Assembly: GCF_009914755.1 (NCBI RefSeq)
Contig: NC_060932.1
Direction: 5' to 3' (one strand)
DNA length: 64,000 nt
DNA from: the human T2T-CHM13v2.0 reference genome, Homo sapiens
This document shows, one piece after another, positions 1 to 12,915 of this stretch. The translations under genes were made by a program, and so were the position numbers. Positions within the stretch are counted from its first letter, which is position 1. Every line of letters starts with the position of its first letter. The notes below the pieces were generated by a model. The model had not been told where the DNA came from, made no database searches, and worked only from the letters and a program-made list of their open reading frames with translations.

Positions 1-235
1 GGTTACTGAGAATTCTATTATCTACCTTCTCTTGTAAAAGATGTTAAGACATGTTTTCAGGAAAGTATAAAAGATGACAGAAGTATGCTGCATCTATAAA
101 GTTTCAGCACAGGCTTTCAGAAAACCTTGAGAGAGCTCCCAAATTATCAAGACTTATGGGGCATGATATAGGGCAGAGAAGACAGCTGTGATGACAGGTG
201 GATGTAAAGCTTTCTGTCTTTCTGGCTCCTGTTTG

Positions 236-360
236 CTTTATTCTTTCAATGAAAAATTATTTTTGAGAACCCTCTACGTAACAGGCACTGGGCTAGGTGC
301 TGGGGAGGCAGGAGACCAAAAGCAGCATGGTTCCTGCCCCACGTTGCTCATAGCCTAGTT
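236..360 (-). mobile_element. L2 LINE 3' end fragment
   Basis: ttctttcaatgaaaaattatttttgagaaccctctac...aggcactgggctaggtgctgggga...ggttcctgccc...atagcctagt resembles the antisense L2 3' terminus. Confidence 0.55.
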
Positions 361-437
361 TGCTTTGATGACTGCCCTAGTCTTGAAGATATTTGGGGCT
401 TTCAATGGACTTCGATGGAGGGCAATGAATGAACCTA

Positions 438-583
438 GCCAGACTGTTCATCAACTCTGGCTGAACATTAGAATTTCCTGGGAAGTTAAAAAAATTATAT
501 ATCTGGGGTGTGGCTCAGGCATAAGTATTTTTAAAAAGCTTCCCAGAGGATTCTATTGTGCAGCCAGGGTTAAAAAACACTGG
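438..583. mobile_element. MER5-family hAT-Charlie DNA transposon remnant
   Basis: tcaactctggctgaacattagaatttcctggg...ggcataagtatttttaaaaagcttcccagaggattctattgtgcagccagggttaaaaaacactg matches MER5A-type ends. Confidence 0.6.
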
Positions 584-941
584 ACCACCCAGCGAGAACC
601 ACATCTAAAGAACCACCTGTCGCTCTGGATATTAACTGAGATGACCCTCTGCTCATCTTGTAAGCCTGGAATAAATTGTTTTCTAGTGTCTAACTGAATT
701 GAACTAGCTCTTAATATTTTGATCCTAGAAGAATATCAGTTTCTCAGGAATCCAAGAGTTCTCAGTAATTTATTTTGCTAAGAAAATGAAACTTTATATA
801 ATAGTTTAGGGTCATCTTGGGAAGCTAGCTCTGATATCTCTCTCCTTCTAATATAAAAAAATCACCAGATTTGGTCTGATAATTTGTCCTAGCAAGAATT
901 ATTCATCACTGCTCATGGATTATTCAATATCATTTATTCAT

Positions 942-1257
942 TTTAATTTAATTTTTATTTTTTTGACACGGGGTCTTGCTCTGTTGCCTAGGCTGGAGTG
1001 CAGTGGTGGAATCATAGCTCACTGTAACCTCGAACTTCTTGGCTTCAAGCAGTCTTCTTGCCTCAGGCTCCCAAGTAGCTCAGACTACAGAGACATGCCA
1101 CCACCCCTGGCTATTTTTTTTTTTTTATTATTCACTTTTTGTGGACATAGGTCTTGTATGTTGCCTAGGCTGGTTTGGAAATTCTGGCTTCAAGTGATTG
1201 TCCTGCCTCAGCCTCCCAAAGTGCTGGCATTATAGGCATAAGCCAGGGCATCCAGCT
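942..1257 (-). mobile_element. AluJ element (AluJo-like)
   Basis: Antisense dimeric Alu with J-type atcatagctcactgtaacctcgaac, heavy CpG decay, T-rich tail and middle linker. Confidence 0.92.
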
Positions 1258-2859
1258 CCTCAGTATCTTTTATCTAGGAACTTCAAAGGGGTAGGTTTTA
1301 TCATAGTAGGAGTGCATTTAAGAAGCTAGGTCAAAGAGAAGCTAAATACGTTTTCTGGGGACTAAATGGTAGGAAGGTGGTAGAAATTAAATAGTATTGG
1401 ATGGCCAAATTATCCCAACTGTATTCCCCTATTTCATGTGGCTGTACTCCAAAATCCCTAGTAAATTATATTCTGCTCTGAGAAATCTGTGGTTTCCTTA
1501 TGCATTTGGAGAACTGTTGGTGTAGGGACATACACTTGAATTATTTTCTGTAGGTTCCTATATATATATATATTTAATATCTTACATGTATACATTTATA
1601 CAATAACAAGACATAATTATAATTTCTACTGTCACAATTACAATTTTCTCTTCCTCATATTTTTATTCTCTTGTTCTCTTTAGTGGGATTTTCTCTCTTT
1701 TCTTTCCCTTTCTTCACCCTTAACCCAGCCCCCATTCGAGTATTTTTTTTTCTGATTTTATTTTTCCTCCACTCTCAGAAACTAACAAAGTCCCTAATCA
1801 CAAATATCTCTAAACATTTGCTCGATCCTTTACTCAGTGTTTGTTTTTGATAATATTCATATATACTAGTGTATGTGCGTCCATATGCATAGACATGGAA
1901 ATAATTAGTTTTAAAAAATCAGTCTATTATAGTCACTGTCACTTAAAACATTCCCACAAGCGTGTAAACTGCGCCCCACACTGGTTCCCTGCTTTGGTGG
2001 AACTCTATGAATAAATTACATTTCTAGAGTCTGCCAGCTTTCTAATTCAGTTTACTGCACTTTGGAACATCTTTCCTTTATGTGTTGTATAATTTTTGTC
2101 TTTCCAGGTTTATATTTATCTTTCTGTTTCTCTAGCTCACCAATAACTCTTCAGTAAGAAATGGCCTCTCTCATGGCCGGAGAGCTTGTTCGGGCTTATG
2201 TCTGTAATTAGGTCAAATTATTTGAGTGACAATTAAAACAGCAAAACCAACTTCCATGGCATCCAGTCAGGAGTATCATTATTTAACATATGTGTTTACA
2301 TTTTAATTTTCAGAATTAGAAATCACATGGATACAAATGTAAGATTGAATTCGATTTTCTTTAAAGCAATAAACTAGGTTTATTGTAGTCTTTTGGCATT
2401 TAGAGAAATACAAGGCATTGAGCTGTCAGATTTTACAATGACAATACAGAATTGCGAATTCTGATTTTGAGGTGCAGACATTGCAATCATTAACTTAACA
2501 TTTATAAAATGAGTTGGCAAAGGGAATAGAAACAAAAACTTGTAGGTAAGTTAAATGATTTGAGAAGATAGCACAGCCGTTGCACAGCCACCATTTTAAT
2601 CCAGCCACTTTGCAAAATGAAGGCTATTTGGACATGTTTCATAAAAAATGAAACTGACCAGATAGTCCACAGGTGATCAGTTCCAAAGCCTCCTCTAGAG
2701 TCAGCCCTCCAAATATTTATCATATATGTATGTATGTTTGCTTGGATCATGATAAGGTACCAATTTGGGATTTTTGGAAACCGAGCTTGAATGTCACCTG
2801 AGACGTCTCTCTGATTTGGACTGGGTTCAGAAGCAAAGTGCCTGAGAGGCCAAAAGAGA

Positions 2860-3420
2860 AAGAGAGGGTGAGCAGGAGAGCAAGCCGGAATGGACAGCCC
2901 GTGTCGCCAGCTCTAATATCCCAGTGCAATTATTTTGTGGACATCCACTCCTTGCCTGCACAGGAGATAGGGCTATAAGTGTATGTTATTTTTTAATTAC
3001 AAGGGGGTAGAAAAAATCCTGATGATGGGCTGGAAGGTGCCATTGCATTGTTATTTTTTCCTCTCCCTTCGTTTGCTGATTATGTGAGCCGGGCTCCTTT
3101 GCTAGCCGATGATAAGCAGAATTTCCATGTTCTCTGCATAATTAATCCATCTCTGCCTCTCTTCATGCCAACTCGCCCGTTATCGCCGGCACATGCCTGA
3201 ATTGCAAAAGAATCCGCTCTTCAATTGGAACTTATTGATATTCTAAGAAAAAAAAAAAAGAGAGAAGGGGGAAAAAACTGAAAATCCTTAAGTTTAAGCC
3301 GCAGATTTTTAAATGGATTAATTTCGCTGCAATCGCAGCCATCTAAGGCGGGAAGGCAGGCAGAGCAAATTGAAAGCGTCTCCATGTTTGCAGAATTGGG
3401 TCCAGAACGCTGAAATGTAC
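2860..3420. promoter_or_regulatory. Candidate conserved non-coding element / developmental enhancer
   Basis: Non-repetitive; about 17 CpGs in ~540 bp against a CpG-poor background; GCATAATTAAT (POU4F-type, 3136-3146), TAATCC/GGATTA, CATTGTT (SOX, 3046-3052), TGATAA (GATA, 3110-3115). Function is inferred only. Confidence 0.5.
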
Positions 3421-6400
3421 TGGCACAGCTCTCTTTTAAAGTCAGAAAATTACCATTCATTTACATCACATGAAATACTTTTTTATGCTAGAAATATTCA
3501 AGAGACGTTCTTTAAATGCCTGCTAATGCTTGATAACATTTCTAACTTTCAACGTTTTGCTAGACTTTGATATGACATGATAGGAATGCCTTCCAGTAGA
3601 GAATATTATATCTCTCTTTATCACATATTAGATTACATCATCTTTTTCTTAATCATTCCCAAGTAGTCTTTAAACAATGAAGTCTGTCATTGGCTATGTA
3701 GGATTTTGTGTGCTGATGGAGGTCAAGGTTACTCAGTTATTTTTTTGAGTCTACCTACAGATGAAATGTTTGTTTTTGTTTAATCTTTCTTCTTCAAATG
3801 CCTAGAGACCTTGGGCAAAAATAATAACAATATAATAATCATAATATTTTCTCAGTAGTCATTGTTTTGACTATTTTCCTCAGTCTTACGATAAACTTTT
3901 ATTTTTTAGAGACTTGCTTCCTTCTCATTTTAACTTGTAAATAGTTACACTTTGAAATCCCCTTTGACTTAGAAAAGGGTCAGTAGTGGGAGTCATTCCA
4001 CCAAGTGTGCAGTTCAAAAAATCACAAATATAGGAACTTTCACTTCCAGGATTCTTGCAATTTCCAGATAGAATTAAATCTTGCTTAGTTGTTAATGCCT
4101 TCTTTTAAAATTTTGAAATAAATATATTGTATGTTAATTCTCTAACTCCTGGACTAGAACACTGGCCAGCACTGAAAGTGTTCTTAATAGTCTAGTTTAG
4201 CTTCAGCAATGCATTCTTCCTGCGGTTAGATGCTCACAAATCTGCAGTTTATGCTGGTCTGCATGACAAGGCTGACGTGCTTTCTTAGCTTAGAGAAGAG
4301 TTGCTAATATTGACCAGGATAGAAAATGTGCATTTGAATATCTAAAAATATTCACCATTAAGTAGTTTTTATTCATTTTGAATTCAGTAGAACTTCAAAA
4401 GAGAAAATAATACTAATTTTTTAAATACCAACTAAGTTGGGTGATGCATTTCCTAGGGAAAATGAAGCAGTAAGCAGTGATATTCTTTGAAGATATTTGT
4501 TTCGGTTACAAAACAAGGATCTCCATAACTACAGGTCATCTTAACATAAAATATTGGCATTGATGTGCAAAGGTCTGTCTATTAGTGAGCAATTTAAATA
4601 TTGACATTGTAGTTTTTCCTCAGAAACAAACCAAAACAAAGAGGTAAGAAACACATTTAAGAGGAAAATATTTTATAGTAATAGTAAAATAATTTAAAAA
4701 ATGACGATTACTATAAACATAAGAACAATCAAATTATATAATTTTAACTTAATCATCTTAACTGTAAAATCTTAAATAATTCCTATGCTACCTAGGCTTG
4801 TAAATGGAGTAAACTGCTAGTTTCACATTGAGTAATTTTGTATAGTCAGCTAAACAGTTTAAACCAATTTTAAAAATGAGATGAAAAATATGACCCTTCT
4901 TAAAATAGATGTAGCAAAAACATTTCAACCATAAATAACAATTTCACTGACCTTGTATACTCAACCCTTTCATTTAAAGGCGTGAATTAAAAGGACTTGA
5001 AAATTGCAGGTATATTTAGGGAAAGGAAACTTCTCCCGGGTATTCTGTCTTGAAAAGGAAAATTTTGATATAAAACTCAAATATGCTACAGTATGCATTT
5101 AGTTCATATTTTGAACTTTCTATATAAGGTAGTTATAAATATATCAATTGTAAATTTGTTCTCATACAAAGTATATTTTATACTTATGCTCTGATCCACA
5201 ATCATTGGTGTTTTATCTATACATAATTAATAGTTGTAACTTAGTTCATGTAGTTTAACACAAATTTTTTCTTATGACATATGAGTTATGCTGTTTTCAC
5301 TATTATATTCTAAATTCACTGAGTATTTGAAATAAATATAAGGTATCACATTCCTAATTATGACCATATGTGCAGATCATAGCAAGAAGAGTGATGCAAA
5401 TGGTTTTGAGATGTTCTGTGTTGGATGACAGGCTAAATCAACAGCAGTGATTCACTATGAAGTGGTGACTACAAATACGATATGAATTAGCTATTTCACT
5501 GAAAAAACTAAGACACTGACACGGATTCATAAATGATGAACTGACATGATAGAAACAATTAAATGGGGTTTTCTCTTTCTTTTAAATTTAAGGATGAATT
5601 GAAAAGTGAAGAAGGCTATTACAAATGGTTTCCTTGGTGTCAAAAATTACTAAATAGTTCTTTTTTCGACATTAGGAAAATGAGTGACAGGCCTTTATTT
5701 GTATTGTGCATGATGGATGGATTCCTTCATCACTCCCATTCTCCTTCCTCTTTTCTTTGTAATTGGATGGAATTAAACTATTTACCACCTCTAAATTGGC
5801 TTTTTTCTCATCAGATGCCACCTATTCTAAAACTTAAACCTCTCCTACACTTGCAATCAAAGAGCCAGATGTGTCAATTACATGTTTCTCACAGATGTAG
5901 AGTTATCATGTACATCTTCAAAAATGAAATATTTAATGATTCTTTCTTTATCCATTGCCTTTTCTTGCTCTAACTCCAAGAGGTTTAAACTTACTCAGTC
6001 CTGGAGAAAACATACTTGAACACTTTTCCCCTTTCTGTTAATTCCTCTCAGATCAGGTAGTTCTTTTGATAAGGAAAAAAGGTTCAAAGTGCTTTTAATT
6101 GTTCATATTTTGTGCCAAACTCTCTAATATATTGTTCCTCACACCAGCTTCTCAAAAGCTATCACCATGGGTCACTGAATATTGGCATTCATCAATCTAA
6201 AGTAGCCATTGAGAATCTTCTATTTATCCTTACACTGCTCTGGGCACCAAAGAGGGATCATAATTTTGTTACTTGCCTAAATGCATTAAGTGGTCTTTCC
6301 TGGGCAACAGTTTGCTGTAAAATGTCCACATTTTGGTTAACTCTAACAAGATACATTCTATTCGTATCCAATTATTCTTTCATATGAATCTAGAGTTCAC

Positions 6401-6999
6401 TTCTTTGAAGATACTTGAAGACATTTTCCAAATTGGTAATTCTCAAGTATAAACAGCTTAACCGTATCTTTGATTGATATCACGTACCCAAAATTTTACA
6501 CGTATAGTATAGACATCTATATTTAAAAATAGTCGAATTAGAGTCACTCAGGGAACATCAAGTTGTGCTTGAAAAAAAAGGGCAACTGGAACAGAAAGGC
6601 CTTCCCAGATACCTGGGCTGGAGAATGATACTTAAACCAAATAACATTCCCCTATCTTCAAAATCTCCCTGGAAAATCTTCCACAGCCTTTTATGTAATA
6701 ACTGCAGTCTTTATTAATCAAAAGAAGTTTAGGTGTTTTCTTTTCTCTACTAAGGAAATAACTAAAGAAAAACAGCTGTTGTTTCTAATTGTGACTGATC
6801 ATATATCATCTTTAAGATGTTAATAATAGGGCTTGATTTCCTCACTTTTATAATTACAAAAATAATACCAACATCCAGGAGTGACAATAATAGTATATTT
6901 CCTGAAGCATTGTCATGAAGTTAGTATCCTTATGTGTTGACATTTGGTCATTATTTTATAAGAGACCTACTACTGGAAGAAAAGAAGGGGCTGAAAAAA

Positions 7000-7002
<3 letters not shown>

Positions 7003-7031
<29 letters not shown>
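7003..7031. repeat. (TG)14 microsatellite
   Basis: Uninterrupted TG run. Confidence 0.97.
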
Positions 7032-7034
<3 letters not shown>

Positions 7035-7566
7035 TATTCTGTCTTACATATATTAGGTATTTCTATTCAAACACTTGGTAGAAATAAAATTTAATTTTTT
7101 TTGTTTTTTTCAGGTACTTAAATAACCAGTGTAATCTTCTAAAATAGTCTCTCTATATTTAATGCAAATCTCATAAAATATTTAAAAATTAGAGAAGAAA
7201 TAATAATTTGTTGACACTACTGCTTTCATATAAAACGACTTATTGTCATCAGAACTTCTGGTTCTTAATTTGTAACCTCTATAGCAGTAGGCTGGAATTC
7301 GGGATCAAAACTGTGATTTTGGAGTACAGGTAAATAGTTAATTTGAATCATATATATTTTACGAATATAATTTTGAAAGATACGAGAAGGAATTATTAAG
7401 GAAAAACTAGTGTTTAAAAAGATGTGTCATTGTAAGAAGTCCAGAATTAAAATATAAGCTAAATCATTTTTATTTTCTAAAATGTTCATTTATATTTTAG
7501 AAAAGTACACATTTAAATAAATACTTATCTTGTGTAAAAATAAAAGCAAAACTAATGCATGGTTTT

Positions 7567-8105
7567 TGTTTTTAAAAATACTTCAGTTGAAAAATTAAAA
7601 TTGTATATATTTATGGTGTACAACATGATGTTATGAAATATGCATACACTGTGGAATGGCTACATCAAGCTAATTAACATATACATCACTTCATATGTTT
7701 ATTTTTTGTGGTGAGAACACTTAAAATCTACTCTTTTAGCAATTTTCAAATACATAGTATGTTGTTGTTAACTATAGTCACCAGGATATAAAGTAGATCT
7801 CTTGAACTTATCCCTCCTGTTTAACTGAAATTTTGTACCCTTTGCCCAGTCTCTCCCAATCCCAAGGTTCCTAACCCTAGCCCCAGGTAGCCACCATTCT
7901 ATTCTCTGCTTCTATGAGTTAAAATTTTTTTAGATTCTGCATGTAAGTGAGATCATGTGATATTTACCTTTCAATGCCTGGGTTATATCACTTAACATAA
8001 CGTCCTCCAGGTGTATCCATGTTGTCACAAATGACAGGATCTCCTTTGTTTTTTAGGTCTGAATAGTATTTCATTGTATATATATACATACCACATTTTC
8101 TTGAT
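7567..8105 (-). mobile_element. L1MA (L1MA7/8-like) 3' end fragment
   Basis: aaaattgtatatatttatggtgtacaacatgatg...gtggtgagaacacttaaaatctactct...gagatcatgtgatatttacctttc is the antisense L1MA 3'UTR. Confidence 0.85.
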
Positions 8106-8126
8106 CTAATTTCAGATGCATCTTTT

Positions 8127-8455
8127 TGTTGTTGTTTTAACTTTTATTTTTATTTTAGGTTCAGGGGTATACATGCAGGTTTGTTATATGGGTAAACTGC
8201 ATGTCACAGGGGTTTGGTGTACAGATTATTTCATTACCCACATAATAAGCATAGTACCTGACAGGTAGTTTTTCAGTCCTTACCCTCCTTCCCACTGTCC
8301 ACTATCAAGTAGGCCTCAGTGTCTGTCATTTTCTTCTTTGTGTCCCTGTGTACTCAATGTTTAGCTCCCACTTATAAGCTAGAACATGCGGCATTTGGTT
8401 TTCTGTTCCTGTCAGTTCCGCTATCTATCTCTGTCCATGTTGCTGCAAAAGACAA
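8127..8455 (-). mobile_element. L1PA (L1PA13-15-like) 3' end fragment
   Basis: ttttaggttcaggggtatacatgcaggtttgttatatgggtaaactgcatgtcacagggg...tttagctcccacttataag; flanked by cagatgcat / caaatgcat. Confidence 0.85.
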
Positions 8456-9123
8456 CAAATGCATGCTTTTATTTGTAAATACTTGATTCACATGCAACGA
8501 AGGGCTTATTAAGGAAATGATCAATTAAGATTCCTCTAGTTCTTGGTTTGTATTATTATTTTTATAACTGATTATATCATATATTATTATTACATACTTA
8601 TTGGCCCAGATTATTATAAAGATTGGTTACATTCATAGAAACCTCTTGTTATTAGGACCCACATCAGAAACCACTATTTTCTTAAAAATATGTAACTACA
8701 ACATAATAGATTTTTTATTTTAAATGTTTATGATAAAACAATTAAAATATTAATTAATAACTTATTTAATGAGCAACTACCATGTGGAAATCTCTGAAGA
8801 TAAATAATTATAATCTAATTATACCATAGGGAGAATATGATGATTTCCAAGTTCCATGACAACACAAATTAATTCCAACTTTAATGACATGTGTTGCTCT
8901 GAAATATTGTGGAATTTGCATCCCATTTCCACCTCACTCTATATTTGTCTCTGGGTTTTATTGAGTCTTACTTGAAAGAGGTGGACCACTCACCAACATT
9001 TGAGTCTCTTTGGTCCATCCACAATCATCATCACAATGACATTGTGACAATAAAACTTGATCAATATAAACAAAAATACCTAGTCCATGTTGAGGTAATA
9101 CAAAGTAAAGACAGGGTCATGGC

Positions 9124-9480
9124 TGACAGGGTATGGCTGTGTCCACACCCAAATCTCACCTTGAATTGTAATATTCCCCATGTGTCAAGGAGCGGGGCCA
9201 GGTGGAGAAAATTAAATCATGGGGGCAGTTTCCTGCATACTGTCCTCCTGATAATGAACAAGTCTCACGAGATCTGATGGTTTTAGAAATGCGAGTCCCC
9301 CTGCAAAAGCCCTCTAGCCTGCCGCCATATAAGACGCGTCTTTGCTTCTCCTTTGCCTTCCACTGTCATTGTGAAGCCTTCCCAGCCATGCTGAGCTGTG
9401 AGTTCATTAAACCTTTTTCCTTTATAAATTACCCAGTCTTGGATATGTCTTTATTAGCAGCGTGAGAACAGACTAATACA
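9124..9480 (+). mobile_element. THE1 (THE1C-like) MaLR solo LTR
   Basis: tga...ggctgtgtccacacccaaatctcaccttgaattgtaa to gaacagactaataca; perfect 5-bp TSD ATGGC at 9119-9123 and 9481-9485. Confidence 0.93.
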
Positions 9481-10344
9481 ATGGCTAACAGGAATTATAA
9501 AAGTAAGTCTTTCCAGAAAGGTACATTTTGATTTGAATTTTTGTAAAGAAGAAAGAGCCATGGCATGGATACACAGGAGCATAAGTAAGAATGCATAGAG
9601 GGAGAAAGACTGGGGGAATGTGGTTCTTAGCTAGAACCTTAAACCAATATTAGACATTTGGGTAAAGGAAACAATAGAATATATGTAAGTTGATGCCTGG
9701 GAAAAATTGAAAGGGAGCGAGAGATTTGAAGAAATTATTTTCACTTTGGATATAGGAAGGAGTAGAGATTGGAGGCCGGCAGCAGGGGCACTGTCAGACT
9801 GTCAGTACCAATATCGGGATTCGAAGGTCGTTCCGCACTGCAACCACAAGGTAATGCTTCTGAGATAGATAATTGAATGAAAGATTCCACAGCAGACAAA
9901 GAATATATGGGCATAGACTTTTATTTTACTTAAGTGACAGGCTAATTTAACAGATTTAATTTGAAGACTGAAAATAAAACCACATAATTTTCTAACATTA
10001 AATGAGGAAAGTAAACACACATAACCCCATTTTACAGATGAAAAAGTATTCTTGTCATTACAATGTATTTATTTGTTGCATAGTTGAAAAAAAAGTCCAA
10101 GTATTAGGAAAATATTCCTAGCTTCTAGACTTACAGTATGTTGCTTTAACTAAAGATAAATAAATGTGCATGTTTTATTTTAAAAAATTCATTCCTACAA
10201 GTAATTCAATATACCTATTGAAATACTTAATATGAAAATTCACTTTGCAAAATTTGAGATCTCATTAGCAATTTTCCCCCAATTTTTTTCCCTGAAAATG
10301 TGTTATTTCTTTTGTTAGTTTACTTCTATGCTTTCAATTCTCAG

Positions 10345-10608
10345 TCTTAAAGTTGTGATTTAACTATATGGTCTCTGGTGCCAGACTGCTTGGTTTAAAT
10401 CCCAGCTGTACCACGCACTAGCTGTGTGATGCCAGGCAGATTACTTACCTCTCTTTGGGCTTGTTTTCTCATCTATGCAATAGAGATAATAATGGAATGC
10501 ACCTTAAAGAATTGTGAGGAATTGCTGTGAATCATTTCATACATATGAAGCAATTAGAATGGGGCCTGACATACACTATGCACTTAATAAAATTAGCTTT
10601 TATTATTA
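10345..10608 (+). mobile_element. MIR SINE
   Basis: ccagactgcttggtttaaatcccagctgtacc...ctagctgtgtga...ttttctcatctatgcaatagagataataa core and 3' tail. Confidence 0.85.
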
Positions 10609-11354
10609 GCCTTTGCCCTTAAAATGTCAACTTCTTCCAATAAATGCTAATAGGTGTGATTGTGTGTGTGTTTGCACGTGTGTGTACATGCATTTTTTGG
10701 TGTGTGTTGTGATATATTGGATAGGGGGACCCATGCAAACTGCAAACATTTAGAGAGTGATAAGATCTATTCAATAAGCTGTGCTTTCTGTGTTTCTTCA
10801 GTTTTAAATAATAATGTCCCAAATAAAAGTAACTTGGCTGGTTTTCGTGATGGGGTAATTATTAGTATACCCACCCCAAAAGAAGTGCCTATTTGTGTTA
10901 TCCTCATTAATGTTATTGTCATGCCAGCCCCACCTCTTTTTGGTATCTATATTCCAGGAAAAATATCCCAGTCCTTTTCACTGAGAACTGTAGTTCATTC
11001 ATCTCACTTCTGAGGGATGCTGTCCAGAACTGAAGTTCAGGTCTGGTCTGACCACTGGACAACTTCATGAGGCTATTTTGTCCCCTGTTCTAAGCACCAG
11101 TATCCCATGCCACTTGCATGTTGATTATGTTTTTGGTTTATGTTTCACTATTAATTAACTAAATCCCTTGGGTCTTTCGTCACATTGAAACTGTTGGCCA
11201 ATTATGACATGCCACCCATCCCTAGTTCATCTTTTCTAATGTAAAGAATTCAAATGGAAGAAACAATTTAACAGCTGTTATAAGTTGGTAACATTTTAAA
11301 AGGCATAATGTCTAATTTTTGAATATGAAAAGTGAAATGGTGGTACACTAATTC

Positions 11355-11730
11355 TGTATTACTTAAAGTAACACCAGTTGCTGTAATAAACAACCAAAAA
11401 AACATGCAATGATGAGAAGATGAAAAAATTTTATTTCTTATTCATGTAAGGTCCCTTCTCTAACTGATGATTCAGGTCTCAGGATCTTTCAGTCTTGTAG
11501 CTTTATCATTTTTAACTTGAGATTTTCAAAATTACTCCAAGGTGAGAGAGGAAAGTGCATGGAAAATCACACATGGGACACTCTCATCTCTTTCATTCAT
11601 TTTCCAATGGCTATAACTTAGTCACAGAGCTGCCTTTAGCTGCAAAGAAATGTAGCTAGCTGTGTGCCCAGGAAGAAAAGGAAATGGAGGTATTATGCAG
11701 CAGTCAGTCTCAGTCAGTCTCTGTCATACA
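11355..11730 (-). mobile_element. MLT1 (MLT1K/I-like) MaLR LTR
   Basis: agttgctgtaataaacaacc...tagtcacagagctgcc...ctgtgtgcccaggaagaaaaggaaatgg...agtctctgtcataca. Confidence 0.6.
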
Positions 11731-12465
11731 TAAGCTGTTTGTGAGAGTATAACTGAATTTATGCTAGGTAGTACTAAATGCTATGTTGATGGAAATTTAA
11801 TGACATGAAACTATATTCATTTTTAGATTAAATAAGCATGTTACAAAACAGATTAACATCATAATTCAATTTCATTTAAAAATATGTTCACATGTATATG
11901 TACTAATTGTACATGAAGCATGTATACATATGTGTATGTATTATGAAGATATTCAGACCTATACATATGATACAAAGACTATATTGTTATAGTAGAATTA
12001 AAGATGATATTTCATTTTTTATTTTTGCTTTTCCAATTTCTGATCTGTCAACATAAGTATATATTATTCTAAAATAAAATTATACTTGTAAATATAAATA
12101 GTATTTAGCTTGAGCTCTCAAATTGTATCATTTTAATTTAGGTCATTTGTTCCATTTGTCAAAATATTTTTCTCTTTCGACTTACCATCCCACATATTTG
12201 TATTTCCTTCTAGCTTTGTTCTATCTGGAGTACTCAAAGTGTGCCATATATTGCATGTAAGTCAGTGATAAAAACATTGAAAGGAGCAGGGCCTCTGTCA
12301 TTATACTGAGACCTTTTATCTTTCCATCTCTGTGCCCCACTTCAGGGCTTGGTACATGCTATGTACTCAGTTAACATTTATTTAAATAAATGAATGGATA
12401 TTGCTGATAGTAATTCATTAATCAGTACTACTTATTTATTTGTGTTCATTCAATCCACACAAATA

Positions 12466-12635
12466 CAGATGGTTTAACTTACGATTTTTCAACGTTAAGA
12501 TGGTGTAAAAGCAATATGCATTCAGTATGCACCTAATCCTATGATGGTTCAGATAAGCCCATTGTAAGTTGATTTAGGATATCTTAAATTAATGATGAGT
12601 TTATTGGGACTGCATAATAAATCGGGGAACATCTG
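12466..12635. mobile_element. TcMar-Tigger MITE (MER47/Tigger3-like)
   Basis: Termini cagatg...catctg flanked by TA on both sides; internal acttacgatttttcaac and gataagcccattgtaagttg. Confidence 0.75.
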
Positions 12636-12703
12636 TATACATATTTGTAGTTTCCTAAAATTTGTTTCTCCACTTTGTCCTAATTTGAGACATGTTAACG
12701 GCG

Positions 12704-12915
12704 ATAATAAAAGTTAACATTTATTCTCCTAACTTTGCTCCGGACACTATTCTAAGTTCTTTATAGGAAGATTCATCTAATCTTCCCAGCAAACCCATGA
12801 TATAGGTTCTATTATTTTTTCATTTTTATATTAAAAGGTACAGAGAAATTAGGTGATTTGCCCAAAGTCACGCAGTAAATGGCAAAACCAGACAGTCTAG
12901 CTCCAGAATCTATTC
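12704..12915 (-). mobile_element. MIR SINE
   Basis: ggacactattctaagttcttta...aaacccatgatatagg...gtgatttgcccaaagtcacgcag...cagtctagctccaga. Confidence 0.8.

Noticed and set aside
915-1235. Alu-derived ORFs (also 13192, 28842, 29637, 33907, 38849, 58927, 62825)
   Set aside because: Standard Alu translations (LECSG, QAGVQW) with no coding support
2182-2202. p53-like element gagcttgttc gggcttatgtc
   Set aside because: Only the first half-site fits RRRCWWGYYY; the second lacks the core G at the required position
2314-2338. 25-nt micro-exon between ttttcag and gtaaga
   Set aside because: Such signals are common in AT-rich DNA; it is not frame-preserving and has no supporting exons
5563-5973. 136-aa ORF in unique AT-rich DNA (also 10660, 17143, 36858)
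   Set aside because: No recognisable domain; composition is typical of chance frames
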